IMG/VR virus record: IMGVR_UViG_2974666281_000001
Coordinates: 32,001 to 96,000 of that record
Direction: 5' to 3' (one strand)
Length of the DNA stretch: 64,000 nt
From: a virus
Taxonomy: Duplodnaviria > Caudoviricetes
In this document: piece after piece, positions 52,348 to 63,247 of the stretch
How the letters are laid out: every line of letters starts with the position of its first letter
Numbering within the stretch: position 1 is the stretch's first letter
The notes under the pieces: model-generated
What the model was told of the DNA's origin: nothing
What the model saw: the letters and a program-made list of their open reading frames with translations, nothing else
Databases searched by the model: none
Position numbers and translations under genes: made by a program

Positions 52348-55300
52348 CTGTAAAAGCACCTATCGTTACCAGTTTACGAATTGATAAACTGTCTGCGAAC
52401 CAGGTTCACATTCGTTGGGATGACGTTGGTGCTAATTTCTACTATTTTGTAGAACTCGCTGAAACACATGACGTGAATGGGGTCCCTATGGACCCTTCTC
52501 GTTATCAGTGGAGAGCACTGGGTTATACCTCGGATAATGACTGGTTTGAAGATACGTATATTCGTCCTCTTTCATTCTATAAAATGCGCGTAGGCGTAGC
52601 TGCCAAAGGGTTCGAACAATCTGATTGGGTTTATACAGAAGAATTCCAATCATTCGAAAATAACGCATATACTTTTGAACATATGCGTGAATTTACTTTA
52701 GTCAATAAATTCATTAATGAAAAGTTTGTTAAAAACAATACTTACATAGACTTTAACCGTGATTCTATAGAAGCTTCGTTAATGAGCGAAGACTTCCAAT
52801 TTAGCCCTTCGTTTGAAGATCTTTCATCAGTTAAAAACTTTATTCTTAATGAAGACCAATATCACGAAATCCAAGGGCCTATAGTAAACGTTTGTAACCC
52901 TGATTTAGAACGTATTATGTTAGCCGAAATAGATGGAGTTCTTTATCTGTTTGAAAGATTCCAGCCTATGGTTAAAGTGTCTAATGATAAAGGACAGAAC
53001 TGGAAATATGTTCAACTGTTTAATGATCGTGTAGGTAATCCTGTTTCAAGAATTCCTCATTATCAATCTAAAAACACGACTTATGTTTTAGGTTATGACA
53101 GAATTTTTTATGGTCGTCGTTCTACCGACCTTCGTTGGTCTGCTGACGATGTTAAATTCAGTACTCAAGATTATACTTTCGCTAAAATTGGCGACCAGTT
53201 GAAATTAGGATTTGACGTAGAAATCTTTGGTACTTACGCCAGACTGCCAGGGGACGTCTCTCGTATCGCAGAAGCGATTACATGTAATGACGAATATGTT
53301 TATGTGGTAGCTAGAGATAAAGTCCGCTACGCGAAGCTTAAGGATGCTCCTATTGATTTAGACCCGGCTTCTCCAACCTTCGGCGAAAAATTGTTTGAAA
53401 AAGAAGTTCAGACAATCACAGGTAATCCTAAAGCTGTTTGTTTTAAAATGGATTCAGTTGGTGGACGTGTATTTGCTTTAATTACAGGCGAAGTGAAAGA
53501 AGAAAAACAAGACCCTACAGACCCTAATAATGTCATTGATTCAGAATCTAAAGGTATATACGTTTTAGAAGAAGATACTTGGCGTAGAGTGTTTGGTAAT
53601 ACTGAAGAAGAAAGACGTCGTATTGAACACACTTACACAAGTATGTCTACTGATGGAATTGAATTATTCTTTAGTTCAAGTAATTTCAAATATCTGGAAT
53701 TCGAAAAAGATACTGCTCTTTTAGACCAACATCCTACTTTAAATGATGCATTAAAATATATCCCACAAAATGAGTTCCATCATGATAAACACTATCACAT
53801 GATGAGTTTCCGTTCGGATGAATTGAGTAATTGGGAATCATTTAAACCTAGACGTATGCGGTATTATGCCGAACCTTGGTTTGCTTGGATGCGCCGTTCT
53901 GGGAACAGAAACTGGATTACAACAGAAAATAAATGCATGGTTGTTTATGCAGATAAGTTGTACACTCAAGTGGTAGACCGCTTTGGTTCTGGGTCTCCTG
54001 AACGTATTATGCATGAATTTTGGAACAAAGGTGAATGTACTGTTACTTCCCCTAATATAGAATTCTCTGGGTTCAAAAAATATGCTGGCGGTGTATTAGT
54101 ACACAAAAATACAGGTGAGCTTGTTGGATATTTTGAATTCGACTATAGAGTTCGAGATGAAGCCCGTATTATTTGGAAACCAAAAGAGATTATGCTCAAA
54201 GCATATCTCCAAAATCAGACACGTGAAGTCCCTTGGTCTCCAGAAGAGAATAACAAAGAACGCGACCCTGATTTACGGCCATTAATCACACGTATGGTTC
54301 CTGACACATATTTGCTTCAAGATTCTAATTTTGAAAAGTTTGGTGAATATTACCTCCAATTCATCTCTGATGGATATGGCACCCATTATAACAATCTGTT
54401 GAATCTTATTCGTAACAAATATCCTCGTGAAGAACATGCTTGGGAATATTTGTGGTCCGAAATCTTTAAGCGTAACATTTATCTTGATAAAGAAAAACGA
54501 GATGAAGTGACTCGATTCTTTGAAGCTCGTAAATCAGACTTCTTCAAAACAAAAGGTATCGAAGAATCTTATAAGTTCTTGTTTAAAGTTCTTTATAACG
54601 AAGATGTTGAAATAGATATCGAATCTAAAAATACTACTGAGTATGGTGTTATTGTTGAATCTGAAAACATCAGTGAAGATTTAGCTGGACGAACAGTTTA
54701 CACTCCTACAGGTCGTAGTAATGTCACTTATATAGAACGCGTTTACTCTGAAGGTAAATTGCAGTGGCGTCTGATGATTCATAACCTTTTAGGCAGATTT
54801 ATTGTAGGCCAAGAAATCAAGTCAGAAATGACAGGATTTAAAGGTATGATTGTCCAAGGTGTCAGAGGTAAAGAATTGCTCTCTAACAACATAGATTATA
54901 TTAATCGTAGTCGTTCTTACTACGTGATGAAGATTAAGTCTAACTTACCTACTTCACGTTATCGTAATGATGTTTTACGATTCGTCCACCCAGTCGGATT
55001 TGGATTTGTTGGTATAACTTTGTTGACAATGTTCATTAACGTGGGTCTTACGTTGAAGCATTCTGAAACCATTATTAATACATTAAAGACTTATCGTTGG
55101 TCTGATGGATTACCTAATGTTTGGCCTGACCGAGTTGCAGTTTTAGATTCGAATGAAAATATTGAATTCGATTCAGTGACGGGTGAAGCTAAATATGCAG
55201 ACCATCCTAATGCAGGACAGGAATTCCCATTACCTCCTGAATACAACGATGAGAATGATAATAGTATTTTCGGTGGCCAATCTCCAGATGAAAGACGTAA

Positions 55301-55430
55301 AGCATTGAGTCCTACGATGGACCAATCTGCAGTTACTTTCTCTAAATTTAGAGCCTTGGTAGATAAGCGCCTTAAAGACGATATCGGCCATCCTCGAGAC
55401 CCTAAAAACCCGACACAGGCAAAAGTATAA
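52344..55430 (+). CDS. 7: baseplate wedge initiator gp7
   Basis: MTVKAP.VTSLRI.KLSANQV; KGIEESYKFLFK; FVHPVGF. Confidence 0.97.
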   Translation: MTVKAPIVTSLRIDKLSANQVHIRWDDVGANFYYFVELAETHDVNGVPMDPSRYQWRALGYTSDNDWFEDTYIRPLSFYKMRVGVAAKGFEQSDWVYTEEFQSFENNAYTFEHMREFTLVNKFINEKFVKNNTYIDFNRDSIEASLMSEDFQFSPSFEDLSSVKNFILNEDQYHEIQGPIVNVCNPDLERIMLAEIDGVLYLFERFQPMVKVSNDKGQNWKYVQLFNDRVGNPVSRIPHYQSKNTTYVLGYDRIFYGRRSTDLRWSADDVKFSTQDYTFAKIGDQLKLGFDVEIFGTYARLPGDVSRIAEAITCNDEYVYVVARDKVRYAKLKDAPIDLDPASPTFGEKLFEKEVQTITGNPKAVCFKMDSVGGRVFALITGEVKEEKQDPTDPNNVIDSESKGIYVLEEDTWRRVFGNTEEERRRIEHTYTSMSTDGIELFFSSSNFKYLEFEKDTALLDQHPTLNDALKYIPQNEFHHDKHYHMMSFRSDELSNWESFKPRRMRYYAEPWFAWMRRSGNRNWITTENKCMVVYADKLYTQVVDRFGSGSPERIMHEFWNKGECTVTSPNIEFSGFKKYAGGVLVHKNTGELVGYFEFDYRVRDEARIIWKPKEIMLKAYLQNQTREVPWSPEENNKERDPDLRPLITRMVPDTYLLQDSNFEKFGEYYLQFISDGYGTHYNNLLNLIRNKYPREEHAWEYLWSEIFKRNIYLDKEKRDEVTRFFEARKSDFFKTKGIEESYKFLFKVLYNEDVEIDIESKNTTEYGVIVESENISEDLAGRTVYTPTGRSNVTYIERVYSEGKLQWRLMIHNLLGRFIVGQEIKSEMTGFKGMIVQGVRGKELLSNNIDYINRSRSYYVMKIKSNLPTSRYRNDVLRFVHPVGFGFVGITLLTMFINVGLTLKHSETIINTLKTYRWSDGLPNVWPDRVAVLDSNENIEFDSVTGEAKYADHPNAGQEFPLPPEYNDENDNSIFGGQSPDERRKALSPTMDQSAVTFSKFRALVDKRLKDDIGHPRDPKNPTQAKV

Positions 55431-56434
55431 TGTTAAACTCAAGTGTAATTTATCGTGCTATTGTGACATCTAAATTCCGTACAGAAAAGATGCACAACTT
55501 TTATCAAACCATTGGTGATGATAAAAACCAAAACACACTGTTTATTACATTTGGACGTTCCGAGCCATGGTCGGAAAACGAAACAGAGCCGGGGTTCGCC
55601 CCGCCTTATCCTAATGACAGCGTAGAAGGTGTAGTTGATATGTGGACCCATATGATGGGTTCTGTTAAAGTTATGCCTTCTATGCTTGATGCTGTTACTC
55701 CACGTAAAGATTGGGGTGATATTCGTTTTCCAAATCCTCGTAATTTCCAAATTGATGAAATAGTTGTTTCTAACACAGCCCCTTATAATAGAACCGATGT
55801 TGGTTCTGGATGGATGGTTTACCGTTGTGTAGATATCCCAGAAATTGGTACATGTTCTATTGCTTCAATAGACAATAAAGAAGAATGTATTAAATTAGGT
55901 GGGGTTTGGACCGCTACGGCTGAATCAGTTTACCCTCCTCGTGGTCGTGGTGACACAGAGGGAATGATAGATTTAGGTGATGGATATCTATGGGAATATC
56001 TTTATGAAATCCCTGCCGACGTTTCTATCAACAGATGTACTAATGAATATATTGTTGTTCCATGGCCAGACGAAGTTGAAGAAGACCCAGAACGTTGGGG
56101 ATATCAAAACAACCTATCATGGCAGCACAATGATTTCGGAATCATTTATCGAGTAAAAGCATATACTATTCGATTTAAAGCTTATTTGGATTCTGTTTAT
56201 TTCCCAGAAGCTTCTCTTCCAGGTAATAAAGGTTTCCGTCAAATTTCGTTAATCATTAACCCGTTAGAAAAGAAAGTGCATCCTAGCGACCCTAATGTCA
56301 AAGCCGTTAAAGAATACTACAATGTAGTAGATATGGAAAGACATTCAGGTGAAATGGTGTATATGGAAAACCGTCCACCGATTATTCGTTCTATGGACCA
56401 AACAGAAGAAATCAACTTAATCTTCGAATTCTAA
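55430..56434 (+). CDS. 8: baseplate wedge protein gp8
   Basis: SSVIYRAIVTSKFRTEKM...YMENRPPI.RS.DQTEE. Confidence 0.97.
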   Translation: MLNSSVIYRAIVTSKFRTEKMHNFYQTIGDDKNQNTLFITFGRSEPWSENETEPGFAPPYPNDSVEGVVDMWTHMMGSVKVMPSMLDAVTPRKDWGDIRFPNPRNFQIDEIVVSNTAPYNRTDVGSGWMVYRCVDIPEIGTCSIASIDNKEECIKLGGVWTATAESVYPPRGRGDTEGMIDLGDGYLWEYLYEIPADVSINRCTNEYIVVPWPDEVEEDPERWGYQNNLSWQHNDFGIIYRVKAYTIRFKAYLDSVYFPEASLPGNKGFRQISLIINPLEKKVHPSDPNVKAVKEYYNVVDMERHSGEMVYMENRPPIIRSMDQTEEINLIFEF

Positions 56435-56436
56435 TT

Positions 56437-56456
56437 AAAGGGCCGAAAGGCCCTTT
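56437..56456 (+). terminator. terminator-like hairpin after gene 8
   Basis: AAAGGGCC-GAAA-GGCCCTTT. Confidence 0.8.
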
Positions 56457-56462
56457 CGGGGG

Positions 56463-56470
56463 TATAAATA
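56463..56470 (+). promoter_or_regulatory. late promoter for gene 9
   Basis: TATAAATA. Confidence 0.92.
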
Positions 56471-56498
56471 TAACTATAAACTAATATGAGGCTAAATT

Positions 56499-57371
56499 AT
56501 GCTCGTTCAAAACACAAAGACCGTAATCGATACTGGTGAAATTGGTAACGCCTCAACCGGCGATATCATTTTCGACGGTGGTAACAAAATCAACTCTAAC
56601 TTTAATTCCATTTATAATGCTTTCGGAGACCAACGCCTTTTTAGTACTAATGAAGGTGAAGAAAGACAGACTATTCATGCTACTGGATATTACCAAAAAG
56701 TAACAGAACAAAGTCAATTTGGTGCTGAAGTTCCTATGGGTTCTTTAGTTGACGTTGATTCAAATTCAGGCCCTATGCTAGCCCGTTTACCAAGAGGTAA
56801 AATGGGTGAAGGTATGGTATTCATTAACTCTAATGGGTCGTTTAACCAAACAAATCCATTAATCATTCAGCCAACTGGTTCATTTGTTAACGTCGGCGGT
56901 GATGGTACTCTGAGAGTCACAGACCCATATACTAGAGTTTTGGTTTGGTGTATTAGTGATACTGATGGGATTTATCGTTGGGACCATTCAATTGAAAATC
57001 TTTTTGGTCATAAAGTTACTCCAATTGATAAAACATACTCATTAAATAGTACAGTACAAGAAATTCGTATTGCTTTTCGTGATGAATTTAATACAGTTAA
57101 ACTTCTTTTAACAGCTGCAAGTACAGATGATTCTAAAGTCAAAGTTTCAGAAACAATGATTTCTGCTGATTGGAAAAATAAAAAAGTCTATAGCACAGAA
57201 TATGCTGTCATCCGTCGTGGAAATGTTAGTGAAGAAGATGAAATTTATGACATTGAGTTTAAATACGACTCTGAAGATTATCTGATTGCTGCGGTTAAAT
57301 CAGACACTAGCAACTTGCGGTTTGCAATCAAAGCAATCGCAACTCAAAAGTTTGGGGTAGGCTCTAGATGA
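56499..57371 (+). CDS. 9: baseplate tail-fibre connector gp9
   Basis: IDTGEIGNASTGDIIFDGGNKIN, IHATGYYQK. Confidence 0.96.
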   Translation: MLVQNTKTVIDTGEIGNASTGDIIFDGGNKINSNFNSIYNAFGDQRLFSTNEGEERQTIHATGYYQKVTEQSQFGAEVPMGSLVDVDSNSGPMLARLPRGKMGEGMVFINSNGSFNQTNPLIIQPTGSFVNVGGDGTLRVTDPYTRVLVWCISDTDGIYRWDHSIENLFGHKVTPIDKTYSLNSTVQEIRIAFRDEFNTVKLLLTAASTDDSKVKVSETMISADWKNKKVYSTEYAVIRRGNVSEEDEIYDIEFKYDSEDYLIAAVKSDTSNLRFAIKAIATQKFGVGSR

Positions 57372-59197
57372 AACAGAATTTAAAAATTGGACAAATGGTC
57401 GATGATGGTACAGGCGACTATCTTCGCGCTGGTGGTAAAAAAATCAATGATAACTTTGATGAACTTTACTACCAATTAGGTGATGGTGATATCCCTCATT
57501 CTGCTGGTGCCTGGAAGACTCATAAAACTTCTGATGGTAATACAGTAGATGCTGTATTCGGTAAGTCATACACTCTTGACACCACAGATGGAAGAATTAA
57601 CTTCAAACTACCAAAAGGTTCTATTGAAGATTATAACAAAGTTATTCGTATTCGCGATGTTTTTAGTACATGGCAACGTCAACCTGTTACTTTAATTCCT
57701 GCTACCGGTGATACAATTAAAGGCTCTGGTGCTGCAGTAGAAATCAATCGTAATTTTGCAGACCTTGAATTAGTTTATTGCTCTCCTGGGCGTTGGGAAT
57801 ATATCGATAACAAACAAATTGATAAAATTTCTAATAACGACCTAGCTACAGTAGTTCGTCAAGATTTTATTGCTACTGAAGGCCAAATCGATTTTATGGA
57901 TGTGTTTTCAGGGTATGACTATAATACTGTAAGCCTTCAGGTCTATCATCGTGGTAACTTGCTGTTTTATACGGCAAAGGGTAAAGATTTCGATAAAACT
58001 ACTGCTGAATTTGGCTCTCCTGTTCAGGGTGACCCAACTGATATCAAAGCTTTAGATGGAAGAAATATTCGTTTAAAAATGTCTTGTAAAGCTGGTGATA
58101 CTGTTTCTGTCGTGTCCTTTATGGACGGCATCAGTCAATGGCGTAGTTCATATAATCGTCGTGAAATCCGCCTCCTGGATTCGTCTCTGACTACAAGAAA
58201 GACTATTAACGGGTCTATTGTTGTTGATGATCTTTCTATTCGTGAAGGTGTATCAATGACTGAACTTGGCATTGATGCTTCTTCACCAGTTAACCCACAG
58301 TCTCTTCAAGTTTTCTTAAATAGCACTTTGCTTTACGAAGCGGGCACTGCAGGTTTGCCTACTTTCCGTTGTGAAGGTTTTGATGAAGTAGAATCAGCAG
58401 AAATTTGTAGTGAAATTGGTGGTGCGTGGACAGAATCTGCAACCGATTATTTGTTTACTACTATAGATGAAGAGGGCGATATACCAGGAATTAAATTTGA
58501 TCGTAAATTCGAACATAATGATGTGTTATCTATTGTTTGGTACAACAACGACATAGGAACAACTCTTGAATTAGATGAGATTCTTGATGCAACTGACGAA
58601 CGATATGTTGCTACTGGTGCGGCTCTAAACATCACTGGCCGCGTAAACATCACAGATTACGATAATCCAGGTTGGCCTAATGTTGAACCTGCACAAGCTT
58701 CAGAAATCAAACCTTCTGCTGTTGCTTCTATTTTTGATTTAGTTTATCCAATAGGAACAATTTACGAAAACGCAGTGAATCCTAATAACCCGGTTACTTA
58801 TATGGGATTTGGTACATGGAAACGTTGGGGTGAAGGTAAATTTTTAGCAGGTTGGTCATCTGATGCAGGTGATTCCAAGTTCGGCTTAAATAATAATGAT
58901 ATTGACATTTCTGGAAACCCATCTCATACTGCCGGCGGCACCGGTGGTCATGATAGCGTTTATATCAGAGAAAATAATATCCCTAAAATTAAAACCGACG
59001 AAAAGGTTCTAATAACAGATGATAATGGTCCAATTGTAATTGGTGGGTGCCAATTTGACCCTGATGACGAAGGTCCGGCTTATACAAAATATCGTGAAGA
59101 CTATGCAACGATTAATAAGCAAAACGACCCTAATGCCGTTCCTCTTGATACTCTTCCACCTTATATAACCGTTTATCGTTGGTTAAGGATTTCATAA
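57368..59197 (+). CDS. 10: baseplate wedge/tail pin gp10
   Basis: VDDGTGDYLR.GG.KIN.NF; YPIGTIY; PYITVYRWLRI. Confidence 0.97.
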   Translation: MKQNLKIGQMVDDGTGDYLRAGGKKINDNFDELYYQLGDGDIPHSAGAWKTHKTSDGNTVDAVFGKSYTLDTTDGRINFKLPKGSIEDYNKVIRIRDVFSTWQRQPVTLIPATGDTIKGSGAAVEINRNFADLELVYCSPGRWEYIDNKQIDKISNNDLATVVRQDFIATEGQIDFMDVFSGYDYNTVSLQVYHRGNLLFYTAKGKDFDKTTAEFGSPVQGDPTDIKALDGRNIRLKMSCKAGDTVSVVSFMDGISQWRSSYNRREIRLLDSSLTTRKTINGSIVVDDLSIREGVSMTELGIDASSPVNPQSLQVFLNSTLLYEAGTAGLPTFRCEGFDEVESAEICSEIGGAWTESATDYLFTTIDEEGDIPGIKFDRKFEHNDVLSIVWYNNDIGTTLELDEILDATDERYVATGAALNITGRVNITDYDNPGWPNVEPAQASEIKPSAVASIFDLVYPIGTIYENAVNPNNPVTYMGFGTWKRWGEGKFLAGWSSDAGDSKFGLNNNDIDISGNPSHTAGGTGGHDSVYIRENNIPKIKTDEKVLITDDNGPIVIGGCQFDPDDEGPAYTKYREDYATINKQNDPNAVPLDTLPPYITVYRWLRIS

Positions 59198-59880
59198 TGA
59201 TTAAAAGTAAAACTATTTCAAAAGCGGGTGTAACATCCCGCTTAGCCGATACCCTTGAATTCAGACAAGATGGGTCTAAAGGAGATGTAGTCGCAGGGAA
59301 CGGTGGTTTTGGTGGTGTAACAGTTTCGCAATTAGCTCGTGGTGTTAATTATCCAACAGTTCAAAGTGTTCTGAACGATTTAGAGTTCAGATGCGAAGTC
59401 CCTGTAGATGGGGTTGTAATGAATACCTCAGGTAATATTCCTGGATTCATTAGACAAAATGACCAGTGGAAAATTGAAGGTGAAATTAAAACTACTGGGG
59501 ATTCGGTTAATATTGGTGACCCAGTAATGATTTATTTCCTTGGATTCCCAGTAATGGTTAAGGTTGGCGACCAACCAACGCAAATTGCTTCTGATATTTT
59601 TGCCGTGTTAAATGAAGCTTCTATTAACCAGATAGCTATAGATACAGTAAGTATAGATGCTGCGGATGAAACCATCCTAAATGTTCAATATAAAGATTAT
59701 CAACATCACGTTTTTCAGCCTATTTCTTTAAATGGGGCTACTGCCACACAAACTACGGTTGTTGAGCCTCGCGCAGGATATGGTACTTGGGAATATCTTG
59801 GGTCGCAAGAAATAACTCTTGCAGGTGGTACTACAGATGGTACCCCATTCACCATGTCGTACTTTAAGAGAACAGCATAA
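59197..59880 (+). CDS. 11: baseplate wedge/tail pin gp11
   Basis: KAGVTSRLAD...GYGTWEYLG...YFKRTA; start trimmed to TAATG overlap. Confidence 0.93.
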   Translation: MIKSKTISKAGVTSRLADTLEFRQDGSKGDVVAGNGGFGGVTVSQLARGVNYPTVQSVLNDLEFRCEVPVDGVVMNTSGNIPGFIRQNDQWKIEGEIKTTGDSVNIGDPVMIYFLGFPVMVKVGDQPTQIASDIFAVLNEASINQIAIDTVSIDAADETILNVQYKDYQHHVFQPISLNGATATQTTVVEPRAGYGTWEYLGSQEITLAGGTTDGTPFTMSYFKRTA

Positions 59881-61424
59881 TGGCAACAAATACTATTGCT
59901 CACATTAGTGACGATTCAAAATATAAAACGTTTGACCCAACAGGAACAAGTTTTCCTGCTAATATCAAAGACGTTCAGGCCGCATTAGCGGCCATTAAAC
60001 CTATTGCCGTTGACGGTATCCCAGATGCGACAGCAACAGTTAAAGGCATTATCAGATTAGCAACACAACAAGAAGTTGATGATGGAATTAATAGCAATAC
60101 AGCAATAACTCCTGCTACTTTAGCTATTCGTTTAGCTAAACCTGCTGCTACTGAAACTGTCGCTGGGATTACTCGATATGCTACTTTAGCCGAAGCTAAA
60201 ACAGGTACAATTAATAATGCCGCTATTGTTCCAACTACTTTAAAAGGAACTTTAGATGAAGCTTTTACTGTAAGAACTTCTACAGAAAGTAGATTAGGTG
60301 TTATTAAAATTTCTACTCAAGCAGCAGCTTTAGCCGGAACAGATGATACCACGGCTATGACCCCTAAAAAGGTTTTAGCCGCTATTAACGCAGCAACTGC
60401 TAAAATACCTACTCCTCAAACTTCTACCGAAACTGTTTCAGGTATCTCAAGACTTGCTACGGCAGCTGAAACCGCTGCAGGAACTTCTCGTTCTGGGTTA
60501 GCTGTTTCGCCATTTGGCTTAGCTTCTATGCGTTCAAGCCCTTCAGCATTCGGTATCGTTAAAGGCACTACAAATGCCGAAGTATTAGCTGGGACTATTA
60601 ATAACCAGTATGTTTCTCCTGCTTCTTTGTTAGGCCGCACTGGTGCTGTTAACCGTCTTGGTCTTGTTAAATTAACTACTACAGCTGGTTCTGGCGACGG
60701 AAATACAGCTTTAGCGTATAATGCTGATGTTGTCCATCTTCGTGGTGGACAGACAATTAATGGAGCTTTATCTATTTCTGGTAATTTTAGAGCGGCTAGA
60801 ATTGATATGTCTTCAGGCTTTATCAATAACCAACAAATAGTAACAGCTAACATGTTAGTTGATGATGTTCCTGTCGGATGCATTATGATGTGGCCTACAG
60901 ATTCACTCCCTAACAATAAATGGCGCTTCTGTCATGGCGGTTCATTACCAAAGGCCTCATATCCGACTTATCATGCTACCGTAGGTACTCGTTTTGGTGG
61001 AGATGCCAATAATGCAGGTGTTCCTGATATGCGTGGGCTATTTGTTAGAGGTTCTGGTCGTTCTAGTCATATGTCTGCTAGAGACGGTAAGGATTCTAAA
61101 GGTAAAGAAGGCCTTGGGTACGGGTGTGCTGGTGCAGGAACTGGACAAGTACAAACTCAACAAAATAGATTCCATAAACACGAATCTGGGTGGGGCGAAC
61201 GGCGCGAACGTAATTGGGCAAGAAATGGGGCTACAGTAGGTGTAGGACATTTTGGTTCGCACTCTGCAGACTGGGACAACTATAAGTACTTTACAAATGA
61301 TGGCCGTGAAGTAGAAGCTGTTAACGCACGAGATTCTTTCGCAACAATGAATACTGAAGGACTTATGGGTTGGGAAAACCGTCCTTGGAATATGTCATTA
61401 AACTATATTATTAAAGTAGCATAA
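59880..61424 (+). CDS. 12: short tail fibre gp12
   Basis: AT/STE..GI.RLAT repeats, collar PVGCIMMW, PDMRGLFVRG, HKH, ENRPWNMSLNYIIKV. Confidence 0.96.
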   Translation: MATNTIAHISDDSKYKTFDPTGTSFPANIKDVQAALAAIKPIAVDGIPDATATVKGIIRLATQQEVDDGINSNTAITPATLAIRLAKPAATETVAGITRYATLAEAKTGTINNAAIVPTTLKGTLDEAFTVRTSTESRLGVIKISTQAAALAGTDDTTAMTPKKVLAAINAATAKIPTPQTSTETVSGISRLATAAETAAGTSRSGLAVSPFGLASMRSSPSAFGIVKGTTNAEVLAGTINNQYVSPASLLGRTGAVNRLGLVKLTTTAGSGDGNTALAYNADVVHLRGGQTINGALSISGNFRAARIDMSSGFINNQQIVTANMLVDDVPVGCIMMWPTDSLPNNKWRFCHGGSLPKASYPTYHATVGTRFGGDANNAGVPDMRGLFVRGSGRSSHMSARDGKDSKGKEGLGYGCAGAGTGQVQTQQNRFHKHESGWGERRERNWARNGATVGVGHFGSHSADWDNYKYFTNDGREVEAVNARDSFATMNTEGLMGWENRPWNMSLNYIIKVA

Positions 61425-61433
61425 GGAAACTAA

Positions 61434-63188
61434 ATGATTAACGACCTGGAATTAAAAGACATTCCTTTCGTTGACGGACTTCCTGATGATGGTCAGCAGC
61501 GCATCCGTTGGGTGCGCACTGGCGATTGTTTGAGCGCCGCGGAAACGAAAAATGGTAATGAAGGATTCCTCAACGTAGTGGGTGTTCAACTCCAGAAGAA
61601 CATTGTTCTTTTAGACGAGAATGCAAAAACTACAGAGAAATCTGTCAACGAATTAGTTGCCAATGTTAATAACATCAATGAAGCTCTCTCTATGGGTTCT
61701 GATACTGAAGTTATTAAACAAGTTGGCATTAACAAAGAAAATATAGAAGTTCTCCAGGTTCACACTCAGAATGCTGAAGACGATATTGGAGAGCTTCAGA
61801 CAAATTTAGATTCTTTAACTGAAGATGTAGGAGTATTTGATCCAGCAGCGGATTCTCTTTACAGAACTGTTCGAGATAATCTGGTTTGGATTAAAAAGGA
61901 AATGGGCCAATATCCTGGTCAAGATTTCAACGGACAATCTGTTGTAGGTAATCTTGCTTCAGGTATGAAACGTCGTATTATGGATAATACCGGCGAAATC
62001 ACTAAACAAGAAGTTAGAATCAAGACTCTTGAAGACAATTATCAGAATTCCGATATAGGTTCTTTAACTCTTGAAGTAAATAAACTTCGTAAAGAAGTAG
62101 GGCCATCTTCTAGTGCTAAAGTTGATAATATCTACAAACGTACAGATTCATTAGAACTTAGAACCTCTAGTATGGATCGTTCTATTGATGACATTGAAGT
62201 TGCTATTGGCTTGGGTGGAATTCCTATTATTGAAAAAGTTAATTCAAACACTCAAAGTATTTCTAATTTATCAGCTCAAATTAATACTCCTGTTACTGGT
62301 ATTTCTCCAAGATTAATTTCTTTAGAAAATGTTATTGGTAATGAGAATAAACCTACATCTGTTTCAGGTAAAGTGTTTATTTTACGTCGTGATTTAGATG
62401 TGTTGACTTCTGTAGTTGGTAATGATACTTCTTCTGGATTACGTGGGGATGTTGCTTGGTTGAATAAACGTGTTGGTATTGTTCCTGTTGGCGAACAGCC
62501 TGCAGAAGATACTGCATTTGGCCAAATTATTACCTTAAATGCTATTATGAATGAGAATGCTTCAGCTATTCAAGACCTTCAGGTAGAAATTGGTAACAAT
62601 AACGAAGGTATTAAAGGCCAGGTTATTAGACTTACTACTTTAGTTAATGGAACTAACCCTAATGGTAGTACCGTTGAAGAACGTGGTCTGCTGAATACCG
62701 CTAAGCAACATGATACTGCAATTAAAAATTCTGTTCAAGAAGCGCCTAAAAATAACCAAATTTACGGAAGAAAAAATGGTGAATGGGCTGTAGTTGAAGG
62801 AACAGATGTTAGCAGATTTATCGTGGATGCTCCGGATGATGGCGCAGAATATGTCCGTAAAAACAAAGAATGGGTAGAACCTACTCCTATTGATTTGACT
62901 GGTTATTTAAAAGACGCTCCTGCTGATACTAAATTATATGGACGTTCTGATAATAGTTGGGAAGAAGTAGTTATTCCAACTATTCCTGACGTTTCTGAAT
63001 TTATTACTGATGCTCCTTCTGATACTAAGCTGTATGGTCGTAAAGACGAATCTTGGGAAGAGGTAATAATTCCAGATGTACCGGATATTAGTGATTTGAT
63101 TCCTGAAGCACCTAAAGACGGTAAAGCTTATGTTCGTAAGGATGGGGTTTGGGTTGATTTAGACACAATTCTGAATCCAGTCGCATAA
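61434..63188 (+). CDS. wac: fibritin (whiskers/collar) with multiple foldon repeats
   Basis: [20 protein letters not shown], segmented coiled coil, [18 protein letters not shown]. Confidence 0.96.
   Translation: MINDLELKDIPFVDGLPDDGQQRIRWVRTGDCLSAAETKNGNEGFLNVVGVQLQKNIVLLDENAKTTEKSVNELVANVNNINEALSMGSDTEVIKQVGINKENIEVLQVHTQNAEDDIGELQTNLDSLTEDVGVFDPAADSLYRTVRDNLVWIKKEMGQYPGQDFNGQSVVGNLASGMKRRIMDNTGEITKQEVRIKTLEDNYQNSDIGSLTLEVNKLRKEVGPSSSAKVDNIYKRTDSLELRTSSMDRSIDDIEVAIGLGGIPIIEKVNSNTQSISNLSAQINTPVTGISPRLISLENVIGNENKPTSVSGKVFILRRDLDVLTSVVGNDTSSGLRGDVAWLNKRVGIVPVGEQPAEDTAFGQIITLNAIMNENASAIQDLQVEIGNNNEGIKGQVIRLTTLVNGTNPNGSTVEERGLLNTAKQHDTAIKNSVQEAPKNNQIYGRKNGEWAVVEGTDVSRFIVDAPDDGAEYVRKNKEWVEPTPIDLTGYLKDAPADTKLYGRSDNSWEEVVIPTIPDVSEFITDAPSDTKLYGRKDESWEEVIIPDVPDISDLIPEAPKDGKAYVRKDGVWVDLDTILNPVA
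62736..63180 (+). repeat. five tandem foldon-like repeats in wac
   Basis: (E/D)AP.(D/N)...Y.R....W occurs five times. Confidence 0.9.
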
Positions 63189-63190
63189 TT

Positions 63191-63212
63191 AAAGGGAGCT
63201 TCGGCTCCCTTT
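63191..63212 (+). terminator. terminator-like hairpin after wac
   Basis: AAAGGGAGC-TTCG-GCTCCCTTT. Confidence 0.8.
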
Positions 63213-63216
63213 CGGG

Positions 63217-63224
63217 CATAAATA
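63217..63224 (+). promoter_or_regulatory. late promoter for gene 13
   Basis: CATAAATA. Confidence 0.75.
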
Positions 63225-63247
63225 CGATTATTAATAGAGGACAAATT

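Noticed and set aside
59880-60700. Repeated AT/STE..GI.RLAT units in gp12 and VxG repeats in gp5
   Set aside because: Normal structural repeats of these proteins
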